From an uncultured Gammaproteobacteria bacterium (GTDB lineage: Bacteria; Pseudomonadota; Gammaproteobacteria; Arenicellales; CAJQKF01), in contig CAJQKF010000023.1 of the NCBI GenBank assembly GCA_905478855.1, positions 110 to 64,109 of the forward strand: a stretch of 64,000 nt of DNA. The letters are read 5' to 3'. This document shows, in pieces, positions 1 to 9,546 of this stretch. Made by a program: the position numbers and the translations under genes. Positions within the stretch are counted from its first letter, which is position 1, and the number at the start of each line of letters is the position of its first letter. The notes under the pieces were generated by a model, which made no database searches, was not told the origin of the DNA, and worked only from the letters and a program-made list of their open reading frames with translations.

Positions 1-392
1 GTCTTTAGCAAACTGCCTGACATTACCAGCTATGGTGATGTCGATAAACTACTACCTCAAAAATGCAAGTAGGCGCTTTACTCGGCGCTTACAGTATTTC
101 TATTGAGCAACCTGAATCCAAAAATTGGGAATTAGGGAAACAGCTTAATGCCATTACTCATGAGAATGTGAATCTCAATCTCGAACTGCAACACTGACGA
201 TGCAGGTTGGTCTGGAGTAGCTACAGACCAACTTCAGTTCGGTCGATATTTACAGCACACCATTGATTATCGGAATATCTTTGGAGATATTCTCTTAAAT
301 CACTTTGGACATAGTGCGGCGGCACTGAGCACGCTTATCCCGAAGCACAGTTACAGTCCGGTAAGTTTTTTCGGCACCACTGCTGCGGTTTG
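1..392 (+). pseudogene. Probable C-terminal remnant of a DUF1501-like protein gene, reading frame broken upstream
   Basis: Frame 1 reads ...DDAGWSGVATDQLQFGRYLQHTIDYRNIFGDILLNHFG...TTAAV* (open 172-392). This resembles the WPGL..L..GRDL..TTDYR..L C-terminus of DUF1501 proteins. The same frame carries TAG 70-72, TAG 133-135 and TGA 169-171, and no other frame stays open. The gene runs off the 5' edge. Confidence 0.3.
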
Positions 393-492
393 AAGTTTGA
401 CCAACAGCGTATTGACCCGCAATGTTGTCTGTTGGTGGTTAAAAACTCGAACAGGCTTGTTTATTTTTTCGGGTTGTAAGGTTACGAGTTTT

Positions 493-1713
493 CTACGCGG
501 CTAAGGAGTTTTCATAAAGCTGGTTGATGGACTGCTCGAGCAGCTGCAATCCTTCGGCTATTTCTTGATCGGTAATAATTAATGATGGTGCAAATCGAAC
601 CACGTCGGGTCCAGCTACCAACAACATGAGACCGTTACTCATGCATTGGTTCAAAATTTCCCGCGAGCGGCCTTTCCACTTATCATTAAGTACCCAGCCA
701 ATCAACAAGCCAGCGCCGCGAACTTCTTCGAACATAGGGTATTTCGAATTGATCGTATTCAATCCATCCACCATTGTCTGACGACGGGTTACAACACCTT
801 CCAATACTTCCGATGTATTGATGATATCGATAACCGATTCTGCTACTGCACAGGCAAGCGGGTTACCACCATAAGTACTACCGTGGGTGCCGACGGCCAG
901 ACTTTTCGCAATCTTTTCAGTTGTGAGCATTGCACCAATAGGAAAGCCGCAGCCTAATGCTTTTGCCGTTGTTAGAATATCTGGAACAACAGCAAATGTT
1001 TGATAGGCATATAAATCTCCAGTGCGACCCATACCACACTGCACTTCATCGAAGATCAATAGTGCGTTATGTTGATCACATAGTCGTCGCGCAGCAGCAA
1101 GAAACTCTGGAGTGGCGCTCGTTACTCCACCCTCGCCCTGCACGGGTTCGATTACAACAGCGCAGGTGTTTTTATTTATGGCTTTTCCCAGAGCTTCAAC
1201 GTCATTAAATGGTAAATGAGAAATGCCACCTGGCAATGGTCCAAAACCCTCTGTGTACTTCTCTTGGCCGCCCACACTAACCGTAAATAGTGTTCGTCCG
1301 TGAAAAGCGTCATGAAAAGAAATAATTTGGTTCTTATCACTATCAAATTGATCAAAGCTATATCTACGAGCAAGTTTGAATGCTGCCTCATTTGCCTCAC
1401 CACCTGAATTACAAAAATATACTTGTTCCGCAAATGTAGCGTCACATAATTTTTTGGCTAGTCGTAACGCTGGCTCATTGGTAAACACGTTACTTAAATG
1501 CCATAGTTTCTGCGCTTGGGTTTGCAACGCTGAAACAACTTTTGGATGGGCGTGTCCTAATGCGTTTACAGCGATGCCGCCCGCGAAGTCTATATAACAG
1601 CGGTCATCTTGATCCCATATACGTGAGCCCTCACCGCGAACAGGTATTACCGCTGCAGGCGAGTAGTTAGGAACGAGATATTGATCGTACATGTCACGAG
1701 TGACCCTGGTCAT
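493..1713 (-). CDS. argD: Acetylornithine / succinylornithine aminotransferase (class III PLP aminotransferase)
   Basis: 406-aa ORF with motifs [32 protein letters not shown] and TTAKALG. Length and layout are typical of ArgD/AstC. TAG stop. Confidence 0.9.
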   Translation of the reverse strand: MTRVTRDMYDQYLVPNYSPAAVIPVRGEGSRIWDQDDRCYIDFAGGIAVNALGHAHPKVVSALQTQAQKLWHLSNVFTNEPALRLAKKLCDATFAEQVYFCNSGGEANEAAFKLARRYSFDQFDSDKNQIISFHDAFHGRTLFTVSVGGQEKYTEGFGPLPGGISHLPFNDVEALGKAINKNTCAVVIEPVQGEGGVTSATPEFLAAARRLCDQHNALLIFDEVQCGMGRTGDLYAYQTFAVVPDILTTAKALGCGFPIGAMLTTEKIAKSLAVGTHGSTYGGNPLACAVAESVIDIINTSEVLEGVVTRRQTMVDGLNTINSKYPMFEEVRGAGLLIGWVLNDKWKGRSREILNQCMSNGLMLLVAGPDVVRFAPSLIITDQEIAEGLQLLEQSINQLYENSLAA

Positions 1714-1882
1714 TAGAAAACTCCGGAGTAACGAATAAAGAGGTGAAATTATACGAAGGAACTAGTCAGATAGGAATAGTATTATCAGTAATGATACATA
1801 GAAATTCTTGTTAGCTGTAACGAAAAATACAATTTTTTGAACTGTTTAGATATCAAACTGGATCAATTAAAATGGCAAAAAT

Positions 1883-3073
1883 CTAAAAGAAGTACTCAAG
1901 ACTAAATTGCACATAGTCATCTTCCCGTTGACTGGATAGCGGGTCATCATCTGGTATGGATGAAAAAGCACGAGCTTCTAACTTCATTGTCCAACGATCA
2001 CCTAATCGTCGGGCTGCTTCCAACGTAAATAGGCGAGCGCCATTATGCAGGTCGCCAATAATGCCCGTGAGTAACTCGGTACTTTGAATATCGTTAAAAG
2101 CAATACGAATCCCAGCAAATAAATCGTCTTGAAATGGTCCGCCATTTTCATCCCGACTATCGTATAGGTATTCCATAATCACTCCCAAGTCCGCACGACG
2201 ATCGAATATTGATCCGAAGGTGTATTCAAAGCCGCCAACAGCTGCGTTATAGCTATCTGCACTATCAAAGTCTCTATGGATGTATTCGAGCTTTAGTAAC
2301 CACGCATCGAGAACAGATTGGATATCCACAGAATATTGCCGGATCTGAGGATAATGAGGTGCTAGTACGATCTGCCCACCATCAGACATCTTGGGGATAA
2401 ATTGTGGATCTCGAGATGTACCGTCAAATGCGGATATCCCAAAGTCCAGGGAGCCAACATAATGGGACCATCGCATAGCCCAATCTAAATGGCTTTCTTC
2501 GTCAACTGACTCATAGGTTGTCAGCGATTTATCAACTACTGGTATGGTTCTAAATCGGCCTTCAATACCGGGAAATGTTCGCTCACGAAAATAGGGAAGT
2601 GCAAATAAATCGAGGGTTCCCCAATCCTTCGGCACCGATAGCCAAAACATAGGTTGCCCGAGCTTGTCTTCCTGATCCAGGTTTTCAACGAGGTCCGTTT
2701 GGTTAACAATATCGACTAAATGAATCGATTCAGTTACGCCCCAAAAAACCTTGCCAATACCGCTTCGCAACTCCCATCCTTCGCCAACATGCAACCAGAG
2801 CAACTCTCTTATATCTCCGTGTGAGCGCGAATCATCTGCGCTATCGGCACGCAGAAATGGCGTAAATGCCAGACTATCCGCATCATTAAAACTCCAATAG
2901 AACTCGGGCTCAATGCTGGCAGAAATCGTATTTCCGGTCTGATCCGCTACTATAGGATCGGCAGTAAAATATTTTAATTCAAGTCCCGCATTCCCTCGGT
3001 ATGAAAATTCAGGAAATGCTGTTATCGGGTAAACTAATAAAGCCAGTAACGAAATAACTTTAGGGACTATCAT
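1883..3073 (-). CDS. Putative outer-membrane beta-barrel protein (family not recognised)
   Basis: 396 aa with a signal-like N-terminus (VISLLALLVYPITAF) and an alternating beta-strand pattern. The C-terminus ...QFSLEYFF is typical of OM barrels. It is the last gene of the TetR-RND-LolA-like string, 9 nt after the LolA-like gene. Confidence 0.55.
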   Translation of the reverse strand: MIVPKVISLLALLVYPITAFPEFSYRGNAGLELKYFTADPIVADQTGNTISASIEPEFYWSFNDADSLAFTPFLRADSADDSRSHGDIRELLWLHVGEGWELRSGIGKVFWGVTESIHLVDIVNQTDLVENLDQEDKLGQPMFWLSVPKDWGTLDLFALPYFRERTFPGIEGRFRTIPVVDKSLTTYESVDEESHLDWAMRWSHYVGSLDFGISAFDGTSRDPQFIPKMSDGGQIVLAPHYPQIRQYSVDIQSVLDAWLLKLEYIHRDFDSADSYNAAVGGFEYTFGSIFDRRADLGVIMEYLYDSRDENGGPFQDDLFAGIRIAFNDIQSTELLTGIIGDLHNGARLFTLEAARRLGDRWTMKLEARAFSSIPDDDPLSSQREDDYVQFSLEYFF

Positions 3074-3082
3074 TTATCTAAC

Positions 3083-3880
3083 CTATCGAAGACGCTGAAG
3101 TATAGATCGTTCAAAATCAGAATCACTCAGACCGTTTTGAAAAGTATAATCCGACCATATCAATTTGGAGCTTTTGCCTGTCTGATGATTAACCATATGC
3201 ATTTCATCGGGTCTCCAATACTTATCCAAGTATTGATTATAGTCGACAAAATTTAGCGTTTTTAGTAGCGTATTTTTGCGATCATAAAATTCAACTTTGA
3301 GCAAAACATATCTTTCCTGATCAACCCACGCAACCTGACGGGTATAACCGGATTTTTTATATTGTGGATAGAGTTCATTGATGAACATTTTTCGTCCATC
3401 GATTTCTTCTTCGCCCAGATATTTATAAGTATATTTTGCAACCTCCTGAGAAGCGATATCCTCGTATGCAAATTCACTGCCCATAAATGGACCAGATTTG
3501 TTGGATGAGGATATTCTTTTCACCCTTTTTAGTGCGGGTAGATAAAGCCATTGATCATCTGGCTTTACTGCATGTGTATGGCTTAAAAATGCTGTGCCTT
3601 TAACATCGGCCGGTTCATCAAAAATTGAGATACTCTTATCACCATCACCTGGAACTTCCAGAGAGCTTAAACGAATTTTACGTGTACTACTTTGCCCTTG
3701 ACGATTGGTGAGAATCATTTGCATGTTCGACGTTTGGTCTTGCCATCCCTGATCTCTGGCATCAATTTCTGTAGCGATTGCCAGGCCTTTTTCTTCCGGG
3801 GTTTGCGCTTGTACTAGTCCGAACGGTAGCGCAATTAGTAACGATAATAGTGTTAACTTATACATTTGATTTTTCCTCAA
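3083..3880 (-). CDS. LolA-like outer-membrane lipoprotein-sorting-type periplasmic protein
   Basis: 265 aa with signal peptide LLSLLIALPFGLVQAQ. It resembles the LolA_like family that usually accompanies COG1033 RND exporters. Its start overlaps the RND stop (23 nt, or 8 nt if Met6 is used). Confidence 0.65.
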   Translation of the reverse strand: MRKNQMYKLTLLSLLIALPFGLVQAQTPEEKGLAIATEIDARDQGWQDQTSNMQMILTNRQGQSSTRKIRLSSLEVPGDGDKSISIFDEPADVKGTAFLSHTHAVKPDDQWLYLPALKRVKRISSSNKSGPFMGSEFAYEDIASQEVAKYTYKYLGEEEIDGRKMFINELYPQYKKSGYTRQVAWVDQERYVLLKVEFYDRKNTLLKTLNFVDYNQYLDKYWRPDEMHMVNHQTGKSSKLIWSDYTFQNGLSDSDFERSILQRLR

Positions 3881-6158
3881 TCTTTAGAAGTAACGGCGGC
3901 AAAAATAGAAAATCGACAAATAATGCGATTGCAACGGTAACCGCGGTCATTAGTCCCATGCTGGCATTAACTTTGAAACTCGATAAAGTGAGCATTAAAA
4001 ATCCAGCGACCAAGACGATAGTGGTTACCCAAAGTGCCATGCCAACGGTAGAAAATGCATAGCGTATGGAATCTTCAGGACTGAGCCCTTGTTCATTTCG
4101 CGCTCGAAGGTACTTACTTAGAAAGTGTACTGTGTCATCAACGACTACACCAAGTGTCATACCGGCAACAACAGAAAGACTCAAGCCGATTTCTCCTACA
4201 AATAAGCCCCAAAGACCAAAACCCATTAGGATAGGCACTATATTGGGAATAAGACTAATCATGCCCATTTTGAAGGAACGTAGGGCGAAGATTAATAATA
4301 TTGATATTAATGCTAGAGCGAAAATTGTGCCCCACACCATTGTCGATATATTACGTCGGGTGATATGAGAGAACATTACGCTTGGGCCCGTTCCTTCAGT
4401 ATTCATGCTTGGCGCATTGTCTTGCAACCAGCCTCGGGCTAGGGACTCAAGTGCCAGTGTTTCGTTTACTGATAAGTTCTCTATGCTGACAATCAATCGT
4501 ACCGATGATTTATCAACATTTAGTCGATTATTAAGATCGAGTCCGTATGGAAGAGACATTTCGTAAAGTAAAAGATACTGAGCGGCTAGTTCGCGACTTT
4601 CAGGAATTTTATAGTACGCATCATCGTCGCCGTGCATATTGCGATTTAGGCGTTTCATAATGTCGGTATAGGTGCTTACATGGAGTACACCCGACTGTTC
4701 CCGGAACCAGTTAGCAAAGTCCTCTACCCTCTGCATGTACTCTGGATCACTTATACCGCCTGGGTTCCCCGAGTCCAAAGAGTATTCAATACGATAAACA
4801 CCAACTAGATTTTCACTGGCGAAATCCGAAGCGACTCGAAACGGTATGCTTTTATCAAAATATTCCACAAATTGATCGTTAATTTCGTTGAGTGGAATAA
4901 GTGCGACAGTCGCAACCATTAGGCCACCTACTCCATAAAAAAGCAGTTTTTGCTTCTTAATGACAAAATTAGCCAATCCTTGAAAGGCAGGTGTTTCCGT
5001 TTCTTTTTTACCCTTGTGAGCCGGAAGTAGAACCATTAAGGCCGGCAGCAGTGTCACGGATAAAATAAACGCGGCTACCACCCCTATTGCCGAGATGTTG
5101 CCTAAATCCCGGAACGGCGGCGCATCACTAAAATTCATACTTAGAAAACCAATCGCCGTGGTTAGGCTGGTCAACATAACGGGTTGAAAATTAACACGTA
5201 GACTTTCGACCATTGAGTCCATGCGGCTATTTCCCTGCCGTAGCTTATGAAAGAAGTTAGTGAGGATGTGAACACTATCTGCAACCGCCAACGTTAGAAT
5301 GATTATAGGCGCTGAAATACTGGCAGGTGTTAATTTTACGCCCATCCATCCTGCTGCTCCCATGGCCGCCATTATGCTTAACATGATCACCCAAAACGTT
5401 GTAAATGTACCGGTCCATTTACGTAATATTAGACCGATCATCACCAGGATAACTAGAAAACTAAGGGGTATAAGAGTCGACATATCCCGCTGAGACGCTT
5501 CGGAAAAAGCGTTATTCAACATATTGACGCCGGTAACATACAGCTGGTGATCGGGATATTTACTACGAAATTCGGCGGCTAATTTCCTTGTAACTATAAC
5601 AACTTCAGGTACTTCTTCAGTTACGTTTATTCCCGGCAATTGTATGGTTACATTTATGCCTGCAGTGTGACCTTCATAACTTACCAGTTGACCAAAGAGC
5701 AGAGGTTCACCTTCTGCCGTTTCTTTAATATGTTTAAGATCTTCGTCATTCAACTCGGATGGATCAAAGACAAGATCTTCAACAATTAAATCATCTTCTT
5801 CTGCATAGCTGTGCTGGTAATTGGTAACAGAATCTACGCGAATAGAATATGGTAGCTGCCAGGATCCTTCGGTGAGAAATTGGATTGCCTCAAGAGTTTC
5901 AGATTTATAGATATCTTTACTTTCTGGAGCGACAACAAAAAGTACATTGTCGAATTTTGTATAGGTACGTTCGACTTCTTCGAAGGCCAGTAACTGTGGG
6001 TTTTCATCGCTAAAAAATGCGCGATAGTCGGTGGTGAATGATAGATATTGTCCACCGCTTGTTGCAGCAAACACCCACAAGATGGTTAGCCCTATTATTA
6101 TCCAGGGCCGCTGGGTAACGAATTGACCAAACTTTTTTGAAAAACTGTCAGGTATCAT
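3858..6158 (-). CDS. RND-superfamily exporter, MMPL/COG1033 (HpnN-like) type
   Basis: 766 aa with two blocks of about 6 TM helices, each preceded by a large periplasmic loop. This is the typical size and topology of predicted RND exporters. Confidence 0.85.
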   Translation of the reverse strand: MIPDSFSKKFGQFVTQRPWIIIGLTILWVFAATSGGQYLSFTTDYRAFFSDENPQLLAFEEVERTYTKFDNVLFVVAPESKDIYKSETLEAIQFLTEGSWQLPYSIRVDSVTNYQHSYAEEDDLIVEDLVFDPSELNDEDLKHIKETAEGEPLLFGQLVSYEGHTAGINVTIQLPGINVTEEVPEVVIVTRKLAAEFRSKYPDHQLYVTGVNMLNNAFSEASQRDMSTLIPLSFLVILVMIGLILRKWTGTFTTFWVIMLSIMAAMGAAGWMGVKLTPASISAPIIILTLAVADSVHILTNFFHKLRQGNSRMDSMVESLRVNFQPVMLTSLTTAIGFLSMNFSDAPPFRDLGNISAIGVVAAFILSVTLLPALMVLLPAHKGKKETETPAFQGLANFVIKKQKLLFYGVGGLMVATVALIPLNEINDQFVEYFDKSIPFRVASDFASENLVGVYRIEYSLDSGNPGGISDPEYMQRVEDFANWFREQSGVLHVSTYTDIMKRLNRNMHGDDDAYYKIPESRELAAQYLLLYEMSLPYGLDLNNRLNVDKSSVRLIVSIENLSVNETLALESLARGWLQDNAPSMNTEGTGPSVMFSHITRRNISTMVWGTIFALALISILLIFALRSFKMGMISLIPNIVPILMGFGLWGLFVGEIGLSLSVVAGMTLGVVVDDTVHFLSKYLRARNEQGLSPEDSIRYAFSTVGMALWVTTIVLVAGFLMLTLSSFKVNASMGLMTAVTVAIALFVDFLFLPPLLLKIEEKSNV

Positions 6159-6175
6159 TTGATGTGTCTCTTATT

Positions 6176-6790
6176 TTAGGTTCTTCGTTGAAGTCCGTTT
6201 ACTAGTAAAGTTGCCAGATTTCCGGCAATTATCTCAAATTCTTCAAGTGAATGAAGTTTCATAAAATGGGGTGCGTCAAAAATAACGGTTGCACTCAATA
6301 TTGCTTCAGCAGCTGCCGATAGATTGTTGATCGTAAAGTCCCCGCTTTGCTCTCCTTGACGCAACAACGCTTCAAATAATTCAGCTATTGAGCGTCGATG
6401 GGAAATTACAATATCTGTGCGGTGTTCGCAAATTGCGTCAACCATTTCCACGAGTCGCGGTAAACGAGAGCAGTGATGATGAGTATGATGCAACATGGCT
6501 AAAATACACTCTTCGAGACGTTTACCAGCGTTAGTTGAAATATTATTTACAATAATCTCTATTGCTGCTCGTTGCTGACCAAGACAATCTGTCGCTAATG
6601 CGGCACCAATATCTTGTTTGTTCTCAAAGAAGCGATATAAATTGGACGCGGACATACCGCAATCAGCGGCGATTTCAGCCATCGTTGTTTTGCCGTAACC
6701 GTATTGTTGAAAGCGCTCAAGGGCGGCAAACAGGATTTGGGTTTGTATCTCTCCGATATCCTGTTTCAAATTAGTGCGTGGTGGTGTCAT
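6176..6790 (-). CDS. TetR/AcrR family transcriptional regulator
   Basis: 204 aa with N-terminal HTH GYGKTTMAEIAADCGMSASNLYRFFENKQD. It sits 17 nt upstream of the RND gene on the same strand. Confidence 0.85.
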   Translation of the reverse strand: MTPPRTNLKQDIGEIQTQILFAALERFQQYGYGKTTMAEIAADCGMSASNLYRFFENKQDIGAALATDCLGQQRAAIEIIVNNISTNAGKRLEECILAMLHHTHHHCSRLPRLVEMVDAICEHRTDIVISHRRSIAELFEALLRQGEQSGDFTINNLSAAAEAILSATVIFDAPHFMKLHSLEEFEIIAGNLATLLVNGLQRRT

Positions 6791-6792
6791 AA

Positions 6793-6835
6793 AAATTCTA
6801 CACAGAGTAGGGAAAGAGAAATTCTACTCTTGTAC
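6793..6835. promoter_or_regulatory. Candidate TetR operator / promoter region
   Basis: Immediately upstream of the tetR start codon there is a 9-nt direct repeat AAATTCTAC (6793-6801 and 6819-6827). There is also a 7-bp inverted repeat AGAGTAG (6804-6810) / CTACTCT (6824-6830). The setting is a 266-bp AT-rich spacer. Confidence 0.3.
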
Positions 6836-7056
6836 TTATGAATAATCAAGAAAATATTCAGAAATTATAATTTACTATACAGTTGTTATTAATTCATGGC
6901 TATGATGAAATGCAGAGGGCGGCACTTGAATCTCTAATTAACATTAACTTATGATTTTATATATATGATAAATGGTAATATTTATGAAATTAATTTTTCT
7001 GTTTGCGAGGGTAATGTATTCATAGAAAGAGGTTGAACTATAGAAACCTGTAGCGA

Positions 7057-8358
7057 CTACAGCTTGTTATAGATCAACAAAGCGTCGATTAAATATAAAA
7101 ATCCACAGCCGACAACAAACATTATCGAACCATAAAGCAGGTTTCCACTGGTTAACGACCAGTTATTTATCCCGTAACGGCCCTGAATAATTAAGTTGGT
7201 GCCGGAAAACGGGCTTAACATACAGCCAATTGCCCAGCCCATAATAAACACGAATGCTAGGAGAAGTTGCGGGGGTTGTTGTGGCACAAGCACGGCGGCA
7301 AGAAATGACACGCAGACAATTGGATGAATACCAATTACGCCAAATAACAAAATGAAGGCGAATGTAATACACGCGGCCCATACGTCAAAGCTTGAGAATA
7401 AAGTCCAGTCATTAAAGCTGGATGCCAAACTGGTAATTCCTGCAGCAAACACTCCAGCTGCCAGAAAAAGCCAGAGCTCCCCCGCCATTGTGGGCAATGT
7501 ATTAACGATATGCTGTCCTGCGTTCGATATCGCGCGAGCACCGGTTTCCTTATAGGCCACTGTTACCAGAGTTAATATCGGTGCGCATAAAGCTATCAAG
7601 GCAAGAACCGAAAAATCCGGTAGTACTCGATGAATAATAAGAACGATTATGACCAGTACGACAGGAAACACCAGACTATCAAAACGAAGTGGATAACCCA
7701 TGAATTGGCGTATCATCTTTTTGTCCGCTAAATACAGTAGTCCTGCATTAATAATTAACCCGCACAATACATAGGGTATTCCAAACATCGCAAGTCGGGA
7801 GAGTGAAGCCTCTGGTAATAACGCCAGAGTAAGGGCCATGCCCCCAATGAAAGGCGAATACATCACTGTTAACCCAAAAGCGCGCCCTAACATTAAGCCG
7901 TGGAGTCGGGTAAATGGCGATTGACGAGCGAGTCTGTCACACACAACGATCAGTGCCGTAATATTTATAGCGGCGGATAAAAGATTTAATCCAAATAAGG
8001 TTTTAAAGAAAGCGCTCTTCCCTATCGGAATTGATTCGGTTGTTACCGGCCTATCTATCAGTCGCAGAAAACTAACCGCGGCAAGCATTGCCAAAATGGG
8101 TTGGTTTTGACCAATTGCCTGTTCGATTGATATTGTTCCGCCCCTAGATAACGCAAAAATCATCATTGCGACACCGGAACCTAATAAAATCGATGCCTGT
8201 ATGCGCTGTCCGCGACCAATACGTTTCGCGATTAGAATAGCTGCTAACCATGCGATAGATCCGGATATCCACAACAGATTTATTTCAAGAATATGTTGCG
8301 CTATCGACATTACCATCATGAAGAATAGCAGTACCCCCGCTACATTTGTTTTACGCAT
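7057..8358 (-). CDS. Polytopic inner-membrane protein, putative permease (family not recognised)
   Basis: 433 aa, hydrophobic throughout (10 or more predicted TM helices), with no signature I can name. Confidence 0.6.
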   Translation of the reverse strand: MRKTNVAGVLLFFMMVMSIAQHILEINLLWISGSIAWLAAILIAKRIGRGQRIQASILLGSGVAMMIFALSRGGTISIEQAIGQNQPILAMLAAVSFLRLIDRPVTTESIPIGKSAFFKTLFGLNLLSAAINITALIVVCDRLARQSPFTRLHGLMLGRAFGLTVMYSPFIGGMALTLALLPEASLSRLAMFGIPYVLCGLIINAGLLYLADKKMIRQFMGYPLRFDSLVFPVVLVIIVLIIHRVLPDFSVLALIALCAPILTLVTVAYKETGARAISNAGQHIVNTLPTMAGELWLFLAAGVFAAGITSLASSFNDWTLFSSFDVWAACITFAFILLFGVIGIHPIVCVSFLAAVLVPQQPPQLLLAFVFIMGWAIGCMLSPFSGTNLIIQGRYGINNWSLTSGNLLYGSIMFVVGCGFLYLIDALLIYNKL

Positions 8359-8431
8359 TTACTTTATGGGGTTATGTAAATTGCCGTAAAGAGTTCATTT
8401 TCGGCAAAATAGTGGAGTTTCGATATATGTA

Positions 8432-9472
8432 TCAGAATGGCATTGGGTATTGTCGATAAATCTCTTGAATCCGTTCCTGTATCTCGGGTGCGAGTTTAAT
8501 GTCAACGGACTTAATACTATTTTGTAATTGAGCAAGTGATGTTGCGCTACTTATAACAGAATTCATAAAATAGCGTGTGTAGCAAAATGCTAATGCCATT
8601 TGACAGCTATCAAGATCAAAGTCTTTAGCGGCTTGGAGGTAAGCATTCAATGCGGGAAAAGCTGAATCCGTCCAGCGCCCACCCAAATTGTCCACATGCG
8701 ATCTGCGTGACCCAATGGGTACTTCTCCATTACTATATTTGCCACTCAGCATACCGGCGGCGAGGGGTGAAAACGCGAGTAGTCCAACGTTTTCATTATG
8801 GCAAAGCTCGCCAAGATCCAGATCAAACTTTCGGTCAAGTAAGCTATATTCATTCTGTATGGACACAACTCGTGGAAAATTTTCTGCTTTGGCGATACGT
8901 AAAAATTCGGATGTGCCCCAGGATGACTCATTAGATAATCCGATAGTGCGAATTTTTCCGGACTTTATATGTTTATCCAATTCCTGAAGTACATCATATA
9001 TATGTTGTTGAGTGACTTGCCGATTTTGCTTTGTTGGATCATATTTCCAATTCTGGCGAAAATGATAAGAGCCCCGGTTAGGCCAATGAAGTTGATATAA
9101 ATCGATGTAATCCGTATTTAAGCGTTTGAGGCTGCCTTCTAACGCTCTCTGAATGGCTGTTGGCGAAATATCCTCACCATCCCGTGCTTTTGAACCTGCT
9201 CCAGCGACCTTAGTGGCAAGTACTATTTCAGATCTGCGCGTGTTTTTTGCGATCCAATTGCCAATAATTTCTTCAGTGCGTCCGGTGGTTTCCGCTGAAA
9301 TAGGATTAACCGGATACATTTCTGCGGTATCAATAAAATTGACACCCTGATCGAGGGCATAATCAATTTGTTCATGTCCTTCTTTTTCAGTATTTTGTGT
9401 TCCCCAAGTCATACTTCCTAGACAGAACGTACTTACACGAATATTGGAACTACCAAGGTTCTTATAATGCAT
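8432..9472 (-). CDS. tas: NADP(H)-dependent aldo/keto reductase, Tas-like
   Basis: 346 aa, collinear by eye with E. coli Tas (346 aa). Shared segments include ...LGSMTWG......H.Q.DYA...G.NFIDTAEMYPV and DLYQLHWP.R. Confidence 0.8.
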   Translation of the reverse strand: MHYKNLGSSNIRVSTFCLGSMTWGTQNTEKEGHEQIDYALDQGVNFIDTAEMYPVNPISAETTGRTEEIIGNWIAKNTRRSEIVLATKVAGAGSKARDGEDISPTAIQRALEGSLKRLNTDYIDLYQLHWPNRGSYHFRQNWKYDPTKQNRQVTQQHIYDVLQELDKHIKSGKIRTIGLSNESSWGTSEFLRIAKAENFPRVVSIQNEYSLLDRKFDLDLGELCHNENVGLLAFSPLAAGMLSGKYSNGEVPIGSRRSHVDNLGGRWTDSAFPALNAYLQAAKDFDLDSCQMALAFCYTRYFMNSVISSATSLAQLQNSIKSVDIKLAPEIQERIQEIYRQYPMPF

Positions 9473-9546
9473 TTACTATTTTTCCTGTTGTATAAATTCA
9501 TGAAATACTTTTTTGAAAAATATAACAAAAGTTTCGTTGTTGCCTA

